40,503 bases of DNA from Candidatus Geohabitans tengchongensis (GTDB lineage Bacteria > Sysuimicrobiota > Sysuimicrobiia > Sysuimicrobiales > Humicultoraceae). Both the position numbers and the translations under genes were made by a program. Shown in pieces: positions 1 to 9,537 of the stretch (position 1 is its first letter; each line of letters starts with the position of its first letter). The notes below the pieces were generated by a model, which was given only the letters and a program-made list of their open reading frames with translations, did no database searches and was not told the origin of the DNA. The stretch lies in contig JAVKIH010000021.1 of assembly GCA_031459625.1 (NCBI GenBank), forward strand, positions 1 to 40,503, read 5' to 3'.

Positions 1-1
1 A

Positions 2-670
2 GCGGGGGGCCTGGCCGCACGCCTGCTGGCCCGGCCCGACAGTCACATCGCCGCCCTCTTCGGCACCGGCGCCCAGGCGCGCACGCAGCTGGAGGCGGCC
101 TTCGCCGTCCGCCCGCTCACCCAGGTGCGCGTGGTCGGCCGTAACCCCGAGCGCACGGCGGCCTTCGTCCGCTGGGCGGCCGCCCAGCCCTGGACCGGCG
201 GGGCGACCATCCTGGCCGCGGCCTCCCCCGAGCTGGCGGTGCGCGGCGCCGACCTGGTCATCACCGCCACCACCAGCCCCACGCCGGTCGTCCCCACCGG
301 GGCGGTGGCGCCCGGGTGCCACGTGACAGCGGTGGGCGCCTTCACCCCCCAGACCCGCGAGGTGGACGGAGCGCTGGTGGCGCGGGCTGCGGTGGTCGTG
401 GAGTCGCGCGCAGCCGCCCTGGCCGAGGCGGGAGACCTGCTCCTGGCCATCGCCGAGGGGCACTTCGCCCCGGAGCGCATCCACGCCGAGCTCGGTGAGG
501 TCGCCACGGGGGTGCGGCCCGGGCGCACCCGGCCGGAGGAGATCACGCTCTTCAAATCGGTGGGAACGGCCGTCCTGGACGTGGTGGTGGGGGCGGAAGC
601 CCTTCGGCGCGCCGCCTCCGATGCCGTAGGGTGGGAGGTGGAGCTCGAGGGCTCCGGGGGTGAGTCCTGA
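2..670 (+). CDS. Ornithine cyclodeaminase / mu-crystallin family protein (5'-truncated by window edge)
   Basis: The frame is open from base 2 (AGGLAARLLARP..ALFGTGAQARTQLEA) and has the family motifs ADLVITAT, HVTAVGA, EAGDLL, ELGEV and ITLFKSVG. Confidence 0.9.
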   Translation, partial: AGGLAARLLARPDSHIAALFGTGAQARTQLEAAFAVRPLTQVRVVGRNPERTAAFVRWAAAQPWTGGATILAAASPELAVRGADLVITATTSPTPVVPTGAVAPGCHVTAVGAFTPQTREVDGALVARAAVVVESRAAALAEAGDLLLAIAEGHFAPERIHAELGEVATGVRPGRTRPEEITLFKSVGTAVLDVVVGAEALRRAASDAVGWEVELEGSGGES

Positions 671-975
671 TGGATCCCAGAAAGCCGATGGCAGGGGGGC
701 TGGTCGTGGCCTTCCTGCTGGGGATGGCGGTGGGGCGGGGGATCACGCCTGGGCGCCCGGGGACTCCCGGGGCCACCCCCAGCCTGGCCGGCATCGTGGA
801 GGAGCTGGAGTTCGCCACCCGGCGGACAGCCGCCGTTGTCGAGATCCTCGACGACATGGCGCACGGCCGCGTGGCCAGCGACCGTCCGGCCCTGGCGACC
901 CTGCGGGACTCCATGCAGGAGATCACGGAGGAGCTGGGGGACATCCGGAGCCAGCTCCAGGCCCTGCGTTCCTGA
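670..975 (+). CDS. Small hypothetical membrane-anchored protein (N-terminal hydrophobic helix, C-terminal coiled-coil-like helices)
   Basis: The ATG overlaps the upstream stop (TGATG). Codon usage is typical of the window. Hydrophobic segment GGLVVAFLLGMAVG. Confidence 0.65.
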   Translation: MDPRKPMAGGLVVAFLLGMAVGRGITPGRPGTPGATPSLAGIVEELEFATRRTAAVVEILDDMAHGRVASDRPALATLRDSMQEITEELGDIRSQLQALRS

Positions 976-1084
976 CGCCCCGGCCGGCACGCCCCGCAGC
1001 AGTGCGAGGCGTCGGCGAGAGCAGGGAAGCTCTGGAGACCCGGCGAACACTTTCAGTTGCGCGTTCTGCGTATCCCTGGATTTT

Positions 1085-1093
1085 TGCTATGGT
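1085..1093 (+). promoter_or_regulatory. Putative extended -10 promoter (TGcTATGGT) of the liv operon
   Basis: TG-n-TAnnnT motif in an AT-rich patch ~170 bp upstream of livK. No good -35 at 17 bp. Confidence 0.4.
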
Positions 1094-1262
1094 AGGGCAC
1101 GCAGGGGGCCGGGCCGAGGGTCTGGCCCCTGGACGAGGAGGTGAGGGAGGCCCGTGAGGCCGGGGCTGGGGCGGCCCACACCACGGTGGTTGGTCGGAGC
1201 CTCTGCAGGGAGCCTCACGTGTTGACGACGTCGTGATGAGGAGAGAGGAGGGGAGAGGCTGC

Positions 1263-2468
1263 ATGCGGATCAGACGAGTCCCGGTTGTGCTGGCGACCGT
1301 CCTGACGATGCTGGTGCTCCTGGTGGCCGGACAGGGACCCGTGGGGGCCCAGCAGAACGTCATCAAGATTGCCACCCAGAGCCCCCTGTCGGGCGGGCAG
1401 TCCGTGCTGGGGACGGCCATCAAGAACGGCGCGCAGCTCTGCATCGAGCAGCAGGCCGCCAAGATCCTGCCCGGGTGGCGGGTGCAGCTCGTGCCCTTCG
1501 ACGACCAGGCCAAGCCGGACGTGGGCGTGGCCAACGCCAAGAACCTGGTCACCGACCCCGACATCCTGCTCGTGGTGGGCCATCTGAACTCCGGCGTGGC
1601 CATCCCGTCCAGCGAGGTCTACAAAGACAACGACCTGGCCATGATCTCGCCGGCCAACACCAACCCGGTGGTGACCGACCGCGGGTACCGCAACGTGACC
1701 CGGGTGGTGGGCCGTGACGACGTCCAGGGCCGCGTGGGCGCGGAGTTCGCCGGCAAGGACCTGAAGGTCAAGAGCGCCTACGTCATCCACGACAAGACCG
1801 CCTACGGCCAGGGCGTGGCGGAGTTCTTCCGCCAGTTCGCCCCCCAGAACGGGATCCGCATCCTGGGCTTCGAAGGGACGGAGGAGACGGCCAACTTCGA
1901 CCCGATCCTCACGCCCATCGCCGCCCGCCGGCCGGAGCTGATCTACTTCGGCGGGATCTACAACCAGGCGGGAGTCTTCTTCAAGCAGGCCCGCGCCAAG
2001 GGTATCACCGCCAAGTTCCTGGGGCCCGACGGCATGGACTCCTCCGACCTGGCGCGGATCGCCGGTCAGGCCATCGTCGGTATGCACTACACGACGGTGG
2101 CGGGCCCGGCTTCCTTCTACCCGGGGGCGGCCAAGTTTGCGGCCGACTACAAGAAGCGCTTCGGGGCGGACCCCGAGCCCTTCGCCGTCCAGGCCTACGA
2201 GTCGTGCTGGATCGGCCTGACGGCCATCGCCAACGCTGTCAAGGCCGCCGGCGGGAAGAAGCCCACGCGGCTGCAGGTCACCAACGAGGTGCGCAAGATC
2301 CGGGGCTTCAAGGGCCTCACCCAGACCTACACCTTTGACGAGAAGGGCGACCCGACTCCGGCGACCTACTTCGTCATCCGCATCGAGTCGGCCGACCCGG
2401 CGAAGTGGGGGCAGAACCGGCTGGTCAAGACGCTCCGGATCAACCCGCCGCCGCTGAAGAAGAAGTAA
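1263..2468 (+). CDS. livK: Branched-chain amino acid ABC transporter substrate-binding protein
   Basis: Signal peptide; motifs IKIATQSPLSG, FDDQAKP, VVGHLNSGVAIP, HDKTAYGQG. Purine-rich RBS before ATG 1263. Confidence 0.93.
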   Translation: MRIRRVPVVLATVLTMLVLLVAGQGPVGAQQNVIKIATQSPLSGGQSVLGTAIKNGAQLCIEQQAAKILPGWRVQLVPFDDQAKPDVGVANAKNLVTDPDILLVVGHLNSGVAIPSSEVYKDNDLAMISPANTNPVVTDRGYRNVTRVVGRDDVQGRVGAEFAGKDLKVKSAYVIHDKTAYGQGVAEFFRQFAPQNGIRILGFEGTEETANFDPILTPIAARRPELIYFGGIYNQAGVFFKQARAKGITAKFLGPDGMDSSDLARIAGQAIVGMHYTTVAGPASFYPGAAKFAADYKKRFGADPEPFAVQAYESCWIGLTAIANAVKAAGGKKPTRLQVTNEVRKIRGFKGLTQTYTFDEKGDPTPATYFVIRIESADPAKWGQNRLVKTLRINPPPLKKK

Positions 2469-2512
2469 AGGAGGGCGGCGCGGATCGGTCCCGGGCATGC
2501 CGTGGTGAGGAG

Positions 2513-2544
2513 ACGGGGAGCGGGCACGTCCCGCTCCCCGTTTT
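2513..2544 (+). terminator. Intrinsic terminator / mRNA-stabilising hairpin after livK
   Basis: Perfect 12-bp stem ACGGGGAGCGGG / CCCGCTCCCCGT with a 5-nt loop, followed by a short T tract. Confidence 0.7.
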
Positions 2545-2598
2545 GTCGCCCGGCCCCTCCGACCACCCCGGCCTCTGGTGCCCGGGGCGATCTTCGCT

Positions 2599-2630
2599 AC
2601 CATGAGGACGTAGGACCATGAGGACGTAGG
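2599..2630. repeat. Perfect tandem 16-bp direct repeat ACCATGAGGACGTAGG x2
   Basis: Copies at 2599-2614 and 2615-2630 in the livK-livH intergenic region. Confidence 0.9.
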
Positions 2631-2657
2631 CCGACACCGCGAGCGGGGCGACGGGAC

Positions 2658-3629
2658 ATGGAATGGGATATCCTCATCGGTATCTTCCCCCAGGTCCTCG
2701 TAGACGGGCTCACGCTGGGGTTCGTCTACGCCCTGATCGCCCTGGGCTACACCATGGTCTACGGCGTCCTGCAGATGATCAACTTCGCCCACAGCGAGAT
2801 CTTCGTCACCGGCGCCTTCGTGGGAGCGGAGGTCCTCTTGAGTCTGCAGGCGGTCGGGGCCTTGACGGCCATCCCGCCCGTGATGCTCCTCCTGCTGGTC
2901 ATCGCCATGGCCATGGTCATCAGCGGCGGGCTGGCGGTGGTGGTGGAGCGGGCGGCCTACCGCCCCCTGCGCGGCGCTCCCCGGCTGGTCCCACTGATCT
3001 CGGCCATCGGCGTCTCATTCTTCCTCCAGGACTTCATCCGCCTGATCGAGTCCCTCTGGCACAACGCCTTCTACCGCACCTACCCGACCATCGCCTTCTT
3101 CGACCTGCGGGTGGGGCTGACGGGTGGCGTCGAGATCTCGGTGAAGTCGCTCGTCATCATCCTGGCCTCGCTCCTCATGCTGGTCGGCCTGAACCTCTTC
3201 GTTACCCGGACAAAGCTGGGGACGGCCATCCGGGCCGTGGCGGAGGACCAGGCCACTGCGGAGCTGATGGGCATCAACGTAAACCGCATGATCTCCCTGA
3301 CCTTCCTGATCGGCGGCATGATGGGCGGGGCGGCGGGAGCGCTGTTCGGCGTGCAGTTCGGCACCATCAACCCCTACACGGGCTTCATCCCCGGCATCAA
3401 GGCCTTCACCGCCGCCGTGCTGGGCGGCATCGGGAACCTGCCCGGGGCCATGCTGGGCGGAGTCGTCCTGGGCCTGCTGGAGACCTTCGCCGCCTCCTAC
3501 ATGTCGTTGCTCACGGGCGGAGCCTTCGGGGCCGAGTATAAGGACATCTTCGCGTTCAGCGTGCTGATCCTGATCCTCGTCTTCCGCCCGCGGGGCCTGC
3601 TGGGCGAGGTCGTGCGGGAGAAGGCCTGA
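2658..3629 (+). CDS. livH: Branched-chain amino acid ABC transporter permease
   Basis: Motifs GLTLGFVYALIALGYTMVYG..INFAH, GTAIRAVAED, KAFTAAVLGGIG. Confidence 0.93.
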   Translation: MEWDILIGIFPQVLVDGLTLGFVYALIALGYTMVYGVLQMINFAHSEIFVTGAFVGAEVLLSLQAVGALTAIPPVMLLLLVIAMAMVISGGLAVVVERAAYRPLRGAPRLVPLISAIGVSFFLQDFIRLIESLWHNAFYRTYPTIAFFDLRVGLTGGVEISVKSLVIILASLLMLVGLNLFVTRTKLGTAIRAVAEDQATAELMGINVNRMISLTFLIGGMMGGAAGALFGVQFGTINPYTGFIPGIKAFTAAVLGGIGNLPGAMLGGVVLGLLETFAASYMSLLTGGAFGAEYKDIFAFSVLILILVFRPRGLLGEVVREKA

Positions 3630-3654
3630 GGGTGACCGTGGGCGCGTGCCGACC

Positions 3655-5001
3655 ATGAGGAACGAGGCCCTCTCCGCCGCCCCCACCGGGCTGCGCGCCC
3701 TCCTGCAGCGGCCGCCGCTGGCCATGGGCCTGCTCACGGGCTACATCCTGGGCACGAGCCTGCTGGTGGCCAACACGCCGCGCTCGCTGCTCTTCTTCCT
3801 GCTCTTCCTCGTCTCGCTGCTGCTCATCTTCGCCGCCGAGGTGCCGCGCTGGTTTAAGGGGGCCGCCGTGCTGGTCACTCTGGGGCTCCTGATGCCGCTG
3901 CTGGGGTTGCGCAACGGCTTCTACCTGGAGGTGGCCACGCAGGTGGGCATCTTCGTGGCCCTGGCGCTGGGCCTGAACATCGTCGTCGGGCTGGCCGGTC
4001 TCCTGGACCTGGGATATGTGGCCTTCTACGCCGTGGGGGCCTACTCCTGGGCCATCCTGGGGTCGCCACAGCTGCTGAAGACCTGGCCGGCCCTGGACGC
4101 CATCCTGCCGTTGGGCGGGTGGTGGTTCTTCGTCTTCCTCCTCCTCGCCGTCGTGCTCGCCGCGATCACGGGGGTCCTGCTGGGCCTGCCCGTCCTGCGG
4201 CTCCGCGGCGACTACCTGGCCATCGTCACGCTAGGCTTCGGCGAGGTCATCCGCGTGCTGGCCAACAACCTGGACAAGCCCATCAACCTGACCAACGGGC
4301 CCATCGGGATCACCCCCATCACCCGTCCGGCCATCGAACCGGTGATGTGGGTCCTGCGGCTGGCGGGGGTGCAGGCCTCCCCGGCAGCGGTCTACCCCGT
4401 TTACTTCTACTTCCTCGTCCTGGTAGTGGTGCTGCTGGTCATCCTGGTCACGCAGCGGTTCAAGGACTCCCACATCGGCCGGGCCTGGGAGGCCATCCGG
4501 GAGGACGAGGAGGCCGCCATCGCCATGGGCGTGCCGCTGGTGCGGATGAAGCTGCTGGCCTTCGCCGCCGGCGCCTCCTTTGCCGGGGCCATGGGCGTGA
4601 TCTTCGCCTCCAAGCAGTACTTCATCAACCCCGAGTCCTTCACGTTCCTGGAGTCCATCGGGGTGCTGGCCATGGTGATCCTGGGCGGCATGGGCAGCAT
4701 CCCGGGCGCCATCCTGGGCGCCACGACGGTCACCATTCTGAACCTGCAGGTGCTCAAGCAGTTCTCGCTGACGCTCAACGCCTGGAAGAACGCGGGCGTG
4801 ACCATCCTGGGCTACAACCTGGCCAACCTCCCGCCGCAGCTGGAACCGGCCAAGTACGAGCGCATGGTCTTCGGGATCATCCTCATCCTGATGATGATCT
4901 TCCGCCCGCAGGGCATCATCCCGTCTCGGCGACGGCGAATGGAACTGGAGGAGGCTCAGCGGCGCGCCGCCGAGACGACCGTGGAGGCTGGAGTGGGCTG
5001 A
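3655..5001 (+). CDS. livM: Branched-chain amino acid ABC transporter permease (start may be GTG 3646)
   Basis: Motifs LGLNIVVGLAGLLDLGYVAFYAVGAY, LRLRGDYLAIVTLGFGE, GRAWEAIREDE. Confidence 0.93.
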   Translation: MRNEALSAAPTGLRALLQRPPLAMGLLTGYILGTSLLVANTPRSLLFFLLFLVSLLLIFAAEVPRWFKGAAVLVTLGLLMPLLGLRNGFYLEVATQVGIFVALALGLNIVVGLAGLLDLGYVAFYAVGAYSWAILGSPQLLKTWPALDAILPLGGWWFFVFLLLAVVLAAITGVLLGLPVLRLRGDYLAIVTLGFGEVIRVLANNLDKPINLTNGPIGITPITRPAIEPVMWVLRLAGVQASPAAVYPVYFYFLVLVVVLLVILVTQRFKDSHIGRAWEAIREDEEAAIAMGVPLVRMKLLAFAAGASFAGAMGVIFASKQYFINPESFTFLESIGVLAMVILGGMGSIPGAILGATTVTILNLQVLKQFSLTLNAWKNAGVTILGYNLANLPPQLEPAKYERMVFGIILILMMIFRPQGIIPSRRRRMELEEAQRRAAETTVEAGVG

Positions 5002-5795
5002 TGGGCGTCATCCTGGAGTGCCGCGGGGTGACGAAACGCTTTGGCGGCCTCGTGGCCCTCAACGAGGTGGACTTCGTCCTGGAGGAAGGCCGGATCGTCT
5101 CCATCATCGGGCCCAACGGGGCAGGGAAGACGACGCTGTTCAACGTCTTCACCGGCGTCTACCGGCCGGAAGAGGGGTCGGTCCGCTTCCGGGGCCGGGA
5201 GCTCGTGGGCCTGCGCCCGGACCAGATCACCCGGCTGGGGATGTGTCGGACGTTCCAGAACATCCGCCTCTTCGGGAACATGACGGTGCTGGAGAACATC
5301 CTGGTGGGGATGCACAGCCGGCTCCACCTCTCCACGGTGGACGTGCTCCTGCGCACGCCCCGCTTCCATCGCGTAGAGGCCCAGGCGCTGGCCCGGGCGC
5401 AGGAGCTCCTGGGGCTCGTGGGGCTGCAGGGCCGGGGGGATGAGCTGGCCAAGAACCTCCCCTACGGGGACCAGCGGCGGCTGGAGATCGGGCGGGCGTT
5501 GGCCTCCGAGCCCCGCCTGCTGCTGCTCGACGAGCCCACGGCGGGGATGAACCCGGCCGAAGCCCAGGGGCTGATGACGTTCCTCCGCACCCTGCGCCGG
5601 GAGCTGGGCCTGACCATCCTCCTCATCGAGCACAACATGCGGGTGGTGATGGGCATCTCCGAGCGGGTCACGGTGCTGGACTACGGCCAGAAGATCGCCG
5701 AAGGATCCCCCGAGCAGGTGCAGCGTGACCCCCGGGTGATCGAGGCCTACCTGGGGACGCGGCAACGGCTGGCGGAGCGGCCGGCGGTGGGCTGA
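5001..5795 (+). CDS. livG: Branched-chain amino acid ABC transporter ATP-binding protein
   Basis: Walker A GPNGAGKT, RTFQNIRLF, LPYGDQRRLEI, LLLDEP. ATG overlaps the livM stop. Confidence 0.93.
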   Translation: MGVILECRGVTKRFGGLVALNEVDFVLEEGRIVSIIGPNGAGKTTLFNVFTGVYRPEEGSVRFRGRELVGLRPDQITRLGMCRTFQNIRLFGNMTVLENILVGMHSRLHLSTVDVLLRTPRFHRVEAQALARAQELLGLVGLQGRGDELAKNLPYGDQRRLEIGRALASEPRLLLLDEPTAGMNPAEAQGLMTFLRTLRRELGLTILLIEHNMRVVMGISERVTVLDYGQKIAEGSPEQVQRDPRVIEAYLGTRQRLAERPAVG

Positions 5796-6505
5796 TGGCC
5801 TTGCTGGAGCTGCAGGACCTGCATGTCTACTACGGCCACATTCATGCCCTGAAGGGGGTCTCCCTGAGCGTGGACGCGGGCGAGATCGTCGCACTGCTCG
5901 GCAGCAACGGGGCCGGGAAGACCACGACGTTGCGGACGATCTCGGGGTTGTTGCGGCCGCGGCGGGGGCGGGTGCTGCTGGAAGGGAAAGGCATCGACTA
6001 CCTGCCCCCGCACGAGATCGTCTACCGGGGCGTGGCCCACGCGCCCGAGGGGCGGCGCATCTTCGCCCGGCTGACGGTGCGGGAGAACCTGGAGATGGGC
6101 GCCTACGCTCGCGCCAACGGGGCGGCCATCCGGGAGGACATGGAACGCGTCTTCGCCCTCTTCCCGCGCCTGCGGGAGCGGATCAACCAGGTCGCCGGCA
6201 CCCTCTCGGGGGGCGAGCAGCAGATGCTGGCCATTGGCCGCGCCCTGATGGCCCGGCCGCGCATCCTCCTCCTCGACGAACCCTCCATGGGGCTCGCGCC
6301 GATCCTCGTGGAGCAAATCTTCGAAACGATCCGGGACATCAACGCCCAGGGGACCACGATCCTCCTGGTGGAGCAGAACGCCTTCATGGCCCTGACCATC
6401 GCCCACCGCGGCTACGTGCTGCAGACGGGAGAGATCGTCCTGGCCGGGGAGGCCCGTGCCCTGCAGGAAAACGAGGACGTGCGCCGGGCCTACCTGGGCG
6501 GGTAG
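5795..6505 (+). CDS. livF: Branched-chain amino acid ABC transporter ATP-binding protein
   Basis: Motifs GSNGAGKT, PEGRRIF, LSGGEQQML, LLLDEPSMGLAP. Confidence 0.93.
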   Translation: MALLELQDLHVYYGHIHALKGVSLSVDAGEIVALLGSNGAGKTTTLRTISGLLRPRRGRVLLEGKGIDYLPPHEIVYRGVAHAPEGRRIFARLTVRENLEMGAYARANGAAIREDMERVFALFPRLRERINQVAGTLSGGEQQMLAIGRALMARPRILLLDEPSMGLAPILVEQIFETIRDINAQGTTILLVEQNAFMALTIAHRGYVLQTGEIVLAGEARALQENEDVRRAYLGG

Positions 6506-6560
6506 GGGGGAGTCCCGCGCCGCCGCCCCACCACGAGCCGTGCCGCCGACCGGGCGGCCG

Positions 6561-8420
6561 TCAGGTGGGACGCGTCCGTTGTTCCTCGGCCGCTGCCCGC
6601 TCCTCCTCCGGCACGCGGGGGAGAACGACGGTGAAGGTGGTTCCGGCGCCCTCGCGACTCTGCACGGTGATGCGGCCGCCGTGCGCCTCCACAATGTGGC
6701 GCGCGATGGCCAGCCCCAACCCGCTGCCGGTGGCGGCGCTCCGCGAGCGGTTGGCCTTGTAGAAGCGCTCGAAGATGTGGGGGAGGTCGGCGGGGGGAAT
6801 GCCCTGGCCGGTGTCCCGCACCGTCAGGACGACGGTCCCGTCCTGCCGCCGCCAGGCCACCTCCACCCGACCCGGCTCCGGTGTGAACTTGATGGCGTTG
6901 TCGATCAGGTTGGTCAGCACTTGCGCCAGGCGGTCGCGGTCGCCCAGCACCGTGACCGACCCGGTGCCGGGGTGGACCTCCAGGCGCCGCGACCCGGCCA
7001 GCGGCCGCAGGCGGGTGACCGTCTCCTCCACGAGCGCGGGGAGGTCTACCGGCGCGAGTTCGAGGGCCGCCCCCCTGGCCTCCAGGCGGCTGAGGTCCAT
7101 CAGGTCGTCGACCAGCTTGACCAGCCGGTTGGCCTCGGCATCAATGATCTCCAGGAAGCGCCGGGCGGTGGCCTCGTCGCGCATCGCCCCGGCCAGCAGG
7201 GTCTCGGCGAACCCCTTGATGGAGGTGAGCGGCGTGCGCAGCTCGTGAGAGACGTTGGCCGTGAGCTCGCGGCGCAGCCGCTCGCTGCGCCGCAGCTCGG
7301 TGACGTCGCGCACCACGGCCACGGCGCCCGTGACCGCCTCCGCCGTGGCCGCCTCCGCTCCCGTGCGCCCGCCGGCGGTCCCGGCCCCGGGGGACCCGCT
7401 GGCGGCCTCCCCGGTGCCGCCATCCCCCCGCCAGATGGGCGCGCAGTGGACCTCCATCACCCGGTCCTCGCGCTGCAGCTCCGTCGCGCCCACCCGCGCC
7501 GCCGTGGCCGCCTCGGCCAGCATGGCCACCAGCGGCGCGGGCAGCAGGTCGGCCGCCGCCGCACCCACCGCCGCGCCGGACGGCAGGCCCAGCAGCTCCT
7601 CGGCGGCGCGGTTCACCAGGAGCAGCCGCCCCTGGCGGTCGGTGGCGATCACCCCGTCCTGCATGCTGGTGAGGATGGCCGCCAGCGTCGTCCGCTCCGC
7701 CCGCAGCCCCTCGATGGTCTCCCGCAGGCGGGCCGCCATGGCCGAGAAGGCCCGGCCCAGCCGGCCGATCTCGTCGTCGCTGTCGATGGCCACCTGGGCG
7801 TCGAGGTCCCCCTCGCGCAGGCGCTCGGCGGCGCGGGTGAGGCGCTCGATGGGGTCGGTCAGGCTGCGGGCCAGCCGCGCCCCCACCACCCACGCCGCCC
7901 CGAGCCCCAAGAGCAGCGCCCCACCGAACGCCGGCAGCAGGCGCCGCAGCTGGCGCTGGACCCATACCGCCGGCGCGGAGACGTGGACGACCCCGGTGGG
8001 GCGGGCGCGCGGACCGATGGCCGCCGCGGCAAAGACGCGGCGCTGCCCGGTGCGCGGGTCGTCCCGTACCGCGTACGCCGGCTGGTCGGGGCGGGCCAGG
8101 GCCTGGCCGACCTCGGGGGGAGGCGGTGCCCCCGGCGGGACGGTGGGCCCGCGGCCGTGGGCGTCCAGCAGGGCGATGACCACGTCGGGGCGCCAGCGGA
8201 ACTGCTGCGCCAGCGCCTCCTGCTGGTCGGGGGGGATGGCCCCGGCCCCCTCGGTGAGCATGGTGGCGATGAGGCGGGCCTGGGTGGAGACGACGTAGGC
8301 GTAGGTCTCCAGGTAGCGGCGCTGCAGGACGGCGAGCACCACTACCAGGACCAGGGCCAGCGTCACCGCCGCCAGCCCCACGTAGGTGGCGATGAGCTTG
8401 AAGCGGATGGCGCGCCTCAC
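6561..8420 (-). CDS. Sensor histidine kinase (2 TM, HAMP, PAS, HisKA, HATPase), PhoR/WalK-like
   Basis: H-box NVSHELRTPLTSIKGF, N-box NLIDNAIKF, DTGQGI, FERFYK, GSGLGLAI. HAMP motif DDEIGRL. Confidence 0.93.
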   Translation of the reverse strand: MRRAIRFKLIATYVGLAAVTLALVLVVVLAVLQRRYLETYAYVVSTQARLIATMLTEGAGAIPPDQQEALAQQFRWRPDVVIALLDAHGRGPTVPPGAPPPPEVGQALARPDQPAYAVRDDPRTGQRRVFAAAAIGPRARPTGVVHVSAPAVWVQRQLRRLLPAFGGALLLGLGAAWVVGARLARSLTDPIERLTRAAERLREGDLDAQVAIDSDDEIGRLGRAFSAMAARLRETIEGLRAERTTLAAILTSMQDGVIATDRQGRLLLVNRAAEELLGLPSGAAVGAAAADLLPAPLVAMLAEAATAARVGATELQREDRVMEVHCAPIWRGDGGTGEAASGSPGAGTAGGRTGAEAATAEAVTGAVAVVRDVTELRRSERLRRELTANVSHELRTPLTSIKGFAETLLAGAMRDEATARRFLEIIDAEANRLVKLVDDLMDLSRLEARGAALELAPVDLPALVEETVTRLRPLAGSRRLEVHPGTGSVTVLGDRDRLAQVLTNLIDNAIKFTPEPGRVEVAWRRQDGTVVLTVRDTGQGIPPADLPHIFERFYKANRSRSAATGSGLGLAIARHIVEAHGGRITVQSREGAGTTFTVVLPRVPEEERAAAEEQRTRPT

Positions 8421-9115
8421 CGGCCGGGACGCACGGGCGCCTTGAACTTGTAGCCGACCCCGCGCACCGTCTGGATGAAGGTGGGGGCGGCGGGGTCGTC
8501 CTCGATCTTCTCCCGCAGCCGGCTGATGTGCATGTCCACCGTGCGGGTGCTGCCGAAGTAATCGTGCCCCCAGAGGTGCTCCAGGAGGAAGTCGCGGGTG
8601 AAGACGCGGTTGGGGTGGCGCATCAGCAGCGCCAGCAGGTCGAACTCCTTGGCGGTCAGCTCCACCGGGCGCCCGTGCAGGGAGACCTCCCGCGTGGCCG
8701 GGTCCAGGCGCAGCCCGTCGGCCTGCAGCGGCGCCTGCGCTCCCAGCAGCTCACGCCCGGCCCGGCGCAGGATGGCGCGCACCCGGGCCACCAGCTCGCG
8801 CGGACTGAAGGGTTTGGTGACGTAGTCGTCCGCCCCCAGCTCGAACCCGGCGATGCGGTCGAGTTCCCGCCCCCGGGCGGTGAGCATCAGGATGGGGACA
8901 GCGGAGGTGCCCCGGATCTGGCGGCACACCTCGAAGCCGTCGACCTCCGGCAGCATCAGGTCGAGGATGACGAGGTCGGGGGCGCCCTCGCCCACCTGGC
9001 GGAGGGCCTCGCGGCCGTCCCCGGCGGTGAGGACCTCGAAGCCCTCCCGCTCCAGGTTGTAGCGGACGAGCTCGACGATGTGCGGCTCGTCGTCGACGAC
9101 CAGGATCCTGGCCAC
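8417..9115 (-). CDS. OmpR/PhoB-family response regulator
   Basis: GTG start at 9115. Motifs ILVVDDE, DLVILDLMLP, GADDYVTKPF, RTVDMHISRLREK, TVRGVGY. Confidence 0.93.
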   Translation of the reverse strand: MARILVVDDEPHIVELVRYNLEREGFEVLTAGDGREALRQVGEGAPDLVILDLMLPEVDGFEVCRQIRGTSAVPILMLTARGRELDRIAGFELGADDYVTKPFSPRELVARVRAILRRAGRELLGAQAPLQADGLRLDPATREVSLHGRPVELTAKEFDLLALLMRHPNRVFTRDFLLEHLWGHDYFGSTRTVDMHISRLREKIEDDPAAPTFIQTVRGVGYKFKAPVRPGR

Positions 9116-9135
9116 GCCCGGCCCCCCAGCCCGGT

Positions 9136-9537
9136 CTACATGACACGCCGCAGCTCGCCGCCGACGAAGCCGGCGATGCCGACCAGCACCGCCCCCAGGA
9201 CGGTGAGCAGGACCGTCCAGCGGGCCCGCCCCGGACGGCGCCACCGGACCAGGAAGGCGACGAGGTAGGCGGCGGTGGCGCCGTAGGCCAGGGCCTGGTG
9301 GAGGGCGTGCTGCTGCCGCAGGGCGGTGCCCACCCCCGAGGCCTCGGCGGCGAGCAGGTCCCGCCAGCCGGAGAGCACGCTCAGGACCGCCCCCACCAGC
9401 CCCAGCCCGATCAGCCAGAAAGCCATCGCCGGGAAGAGGTCGCGCCGGCTCCGCAGGGCCACCAGGTCGAAGACCGTGGCCACGACCCACAGGGCGATGG
9501 GGAAGTGGACGACCTGCGGGTGGACGAAGACCATCAC
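9136..9537 (-). CDS. DUF2231-like membrane protein
   Basis: N-terminal HPxxVHFPIAL motif, four hydrophobic segments, conserved His, C-terminal GxxGGEL. Confidence 0.75.
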   Translation of the reverse strand: MMVFVHPQVVHFPIALWVVATVFDLVALRSRRDLFPAMAFWLIGLGLVGAVLSVLSGWRDLLAAEASGVGTALRQQHALHQALAYGATAAYLVAFLVRWRRPGRARWTVLLTVLGAVLVGIAGFVGGELRRVM

